Positions 61,813 through 64,000 of a DNA stretch of 64,000 bases are shown here, in pieces. This stretch comes from Octopus vulgaris (lineage: Eukaryota). The number at the start of each line of letters is the position of its first letter. The stretch's first letter is position 1. The notes beneath the pieces are model-generated. The model did no database searches. It was not told the DNA's origin and saw only the letters and a program-made list of their open reading frames with translations. The translations under genes were made by a program, and so were the position numbers. Where the stretch lies: positions 34,162,001 through 34,226,000 of the forward strand of contig OX597814.1 in the NCBI GenBank assembly GCA_951406725.2, in the 5' to 3' direction.

Positions 61813-61834
61813 ATGAGTTATTGTCGAAAAGAAG
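61813..61834 (+). CDS. CHCHD4: First coding exon of CHCHD4/MIA40 (mitochondrial intermembrane space import oxidoreductase); remainder lies beyond the window
   Basis: aacATGAGTTATTGTCGAAAAGAAG|gtaaga = MSYCRKE-G, close to the vertebrate CHCHD4 start MSYCRQEG(KDRIIF). Good start context, strong donor, promoter-like motifs upstream. Only 7 codons are visible. Confidence 0.72.
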
Positions 61835-61967
61835 GTAAGAATTAAAAGAGTGATTATTAAATTACGAACTAAACTCCACTTTACGATGTCTAACGGTTAA
61901 AATATTTTATGGTTTGTATTGCCGATCAATGTTTTTGCTGTCGTTTAGTTTATATAACTGCTCTGAC

Positions 61968-62019
61968 GACCTGACCTTTACGTTATTCCCAATGACCTGA
62001 CCTTTACGTTGTTCCCAAT
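61968..62019. promoter_or_regulatory. Tandem 26-bp duplication carrying two ERR-type extended half-sites
   Basis: gacctgacctttacgtt(a/g)ttcccaat x2; TGACCTTTA is the reverse complement of TNAAGGTCA (61972-61980 and 61998-62006). Confidence 0.4.
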
Positions 62020-62296
62020 AATTAAAAAAATGTTTCGGAAATAAACTGCGAAATTCTGTTTCTATTATATACAAAGAAAAAAAAAACAAATTAAGGGGTA
62101 CTGATGAAATAGTTAAGTGTACAAAATATGATACATAGAACATAACTGAGTGTATCGTTTAACTTGATATGGCATTTTAAAAACATCATTACCGTAAAAA
62201 GGTTTTTCTTCAGTATCATTTTAACATTATTTACAAGTGTATATTGGTTTAATGTTGATTTCTATTAATATTAGTTCCATGTTTAATATTGAGGCA

Positions 62297-62336
62297 ATCT
62301 TTCGTCTCTAGTAGAGGTCTACTAGAGACGAAAGAT
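62297..62336. repeat. Perfect 19-bp-arm palindrome
   Basis: atctttcgtctctagtaga-gg-tctactagagacgaaagat. Confidence 0.9.
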
Positions 62337-63675
62337 CGCCAATATTGATATTACTTCCATGTCTAACGTCGTGCCTTATCGAAATTGTTGTTACGTTACT
62401 AAGTATATGCACAAGTTTCTGGTATTGGATCCATTCATCTATTCCTCAGTCCAATTATCTGTGTTGTATAACCCTAATAAAATGACCCGAACCGACGAAG
62501 GGGACCTCTAGTTCGTCCAACATCCAAGTCTCCTTCAAACTACACTTTCGTCTTAAATCAAGTTATATTGCATCATGTTCATACAAAAACAAAAAGGATG
62601 TATTAATGGAATTGTCGTTGTTTAAAATGCTTTATGCAATTAGTTAATTTTTTTTTCAAACAAACTACAATTTGTTTATATTTATATTTTCATTTCCTCA
62701 TGAAGATTAGGATTCGATAAATAAAAGAGGACATTTATTCACAAGCGCCAAATGAAGAAACATAGTGTTGTTTATATTTATGGACTAGTTTAGATTTTAT
62801 TCTCTCAATGAATGGAAACCGTAATTTTAACAATTTAGTTCTCGCTTTGTTTATTTACGTATTTGTATGGGACACGATTCCAATGGGCAAAAGGGTACGT
62901 TCTATTAAATCGGCCACTAAGAAGGAAATCAGTCAGATTTGAATTCAGGTCGTGGGTACAAAGCCGGTTATATCACCCTTATATACTGCTGCTATATTAT
63001 TTTAGAGTAATCTCCCCTGTATCCAACCTCCTGTTTTTTTTCACCAAGTGATTGTCATTACTTTGTCATTGCACAAACTATGCTGTACCATGCTTATAAT
63101 TTTACTGCTATTTTTTAAAATGTTAGGGGATGAAATATATACATTCTCCCTAATCGTGTTTATAATTTTTAATGTTATTTCTAGCACGATGGGCAATAAA
63201 ATTCATAAGATTCACTCAAACACACACATAACCTCTGGCAGTAAACAAAGAAAATTGTTGACTACAAACAAACAAAATTTGCCCTGCTAAATACTCTGTA
63301 TTCGTTGGGCGATAGGTACTCCTGTAAAAGAGACAGAGGTACTACTTAATAAGAGTGGACCAGACGCGCTCGTCAGTGGACGTGCGCACCCGCTCTAGTC
63401 AGACGGACGCACGTACACGCACAAGTCAGTGGCACCCGCGATAAAAATAAAAAACGAAAACCCTTCACATGTATAAATATGTGTAAATTGTAAATCGGAG
63501 CAGGGGTGGTCGTGGTGATGTTTGTGTACTCCCATCATACTCTTGAATCTGGTTTTATATACTTTCTGATAAGGGGGAGCAGAGTTTCGGATGAACGATC
63601 ATTCACAAACACTAAAAACCCTATTTTGTCTATCTATCTATCTGTCTGTGTCTATTTTCATTCATTCAGTCGGTT

Positions 63676-64000
63676 CATTATTTACATTATTTACATTTGA
63701 CGGATATTTGTCCTCATCTTGTTTGTTGTTAACACGTTTCGGCTGATATACCCTCCATCCTCCTTCAGGTGTCTTGGGGAAATTTCGAACCTGGGTTCTC
63801 ATTCCTAAGGTATTTTTCGATATTATTATTATTATTATTATTATGGGTATATGGCATAGTGGTTGGTTAAGAGCGCGGGCTACTAACCCCAAGATTCCGA
63901 GTTCAATTTCAGGTAGCGACCTGAATAATAATGATATTAAAAAATACCTTAGGAATGTGAACCCTGGTTCGAAATTTCTCCAAGATATCTGATGAAGGCT
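63676..64000. mobile_element. Inverted pair of repeat elements with a tRNA-like head and hammerhead-like core (truncated by the window end)
   Basis: About 63755-63843 is the reverse complement of 63924-64000; tRNA-like segment at 63845-63923; CTGA(T/A)G...GAAAC motif. Confidence 0.65.

Noticed and set aside
63845-63923. tRNA gene candidate
   Set aside because: Acceptor stem does not pair and it is attached to a repeat body.

Overview
AT-rich, repeat-dense eukaryotic genomic DNA; the SINE/LINE families look like those of an octopus-type cephalopod (inference). It holds two complete spliced genes on the minus strand, both assembled by hand from GT-AG boundaries with continuous phase. TIMM17 (mitochondrial TIM23-complex subunit Tim17) has 7 coding exons at 26657-11908 and encodes 166 aa. 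PRMT7 (type III protein arginine methyltransferase) has 14 coding exons at 53458/53416-32567 and encodes 695/681 aa. A 22-nt first coding exon (MSYCRKE-G) on the plus strand at 61813 matches the start of CHCHD4/MIA40 and lies near NRF-1, X-box and ERR-type motifs. Most listed ORFs are spurious or come from transposons: CR1 and RTE LINE remnants, Penelope-like remnants with hammerhead ribozyme motifs, a Gypsy integrase/LTR remnant, mariner, piggyBac-like and Merlin-like MITEs, a tandem Helitron trimer and many SINEs. Main findings: an in-frame presequence-like N-terminal extension on PRMT7, which lies between two mitochondrial import genes; intronic hammerheads; a PHD finger inside the RTE reverse transcriptase; and template-switch rearrangements. 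No searches were run, so all homology calls come from recognising sequences and motifs.
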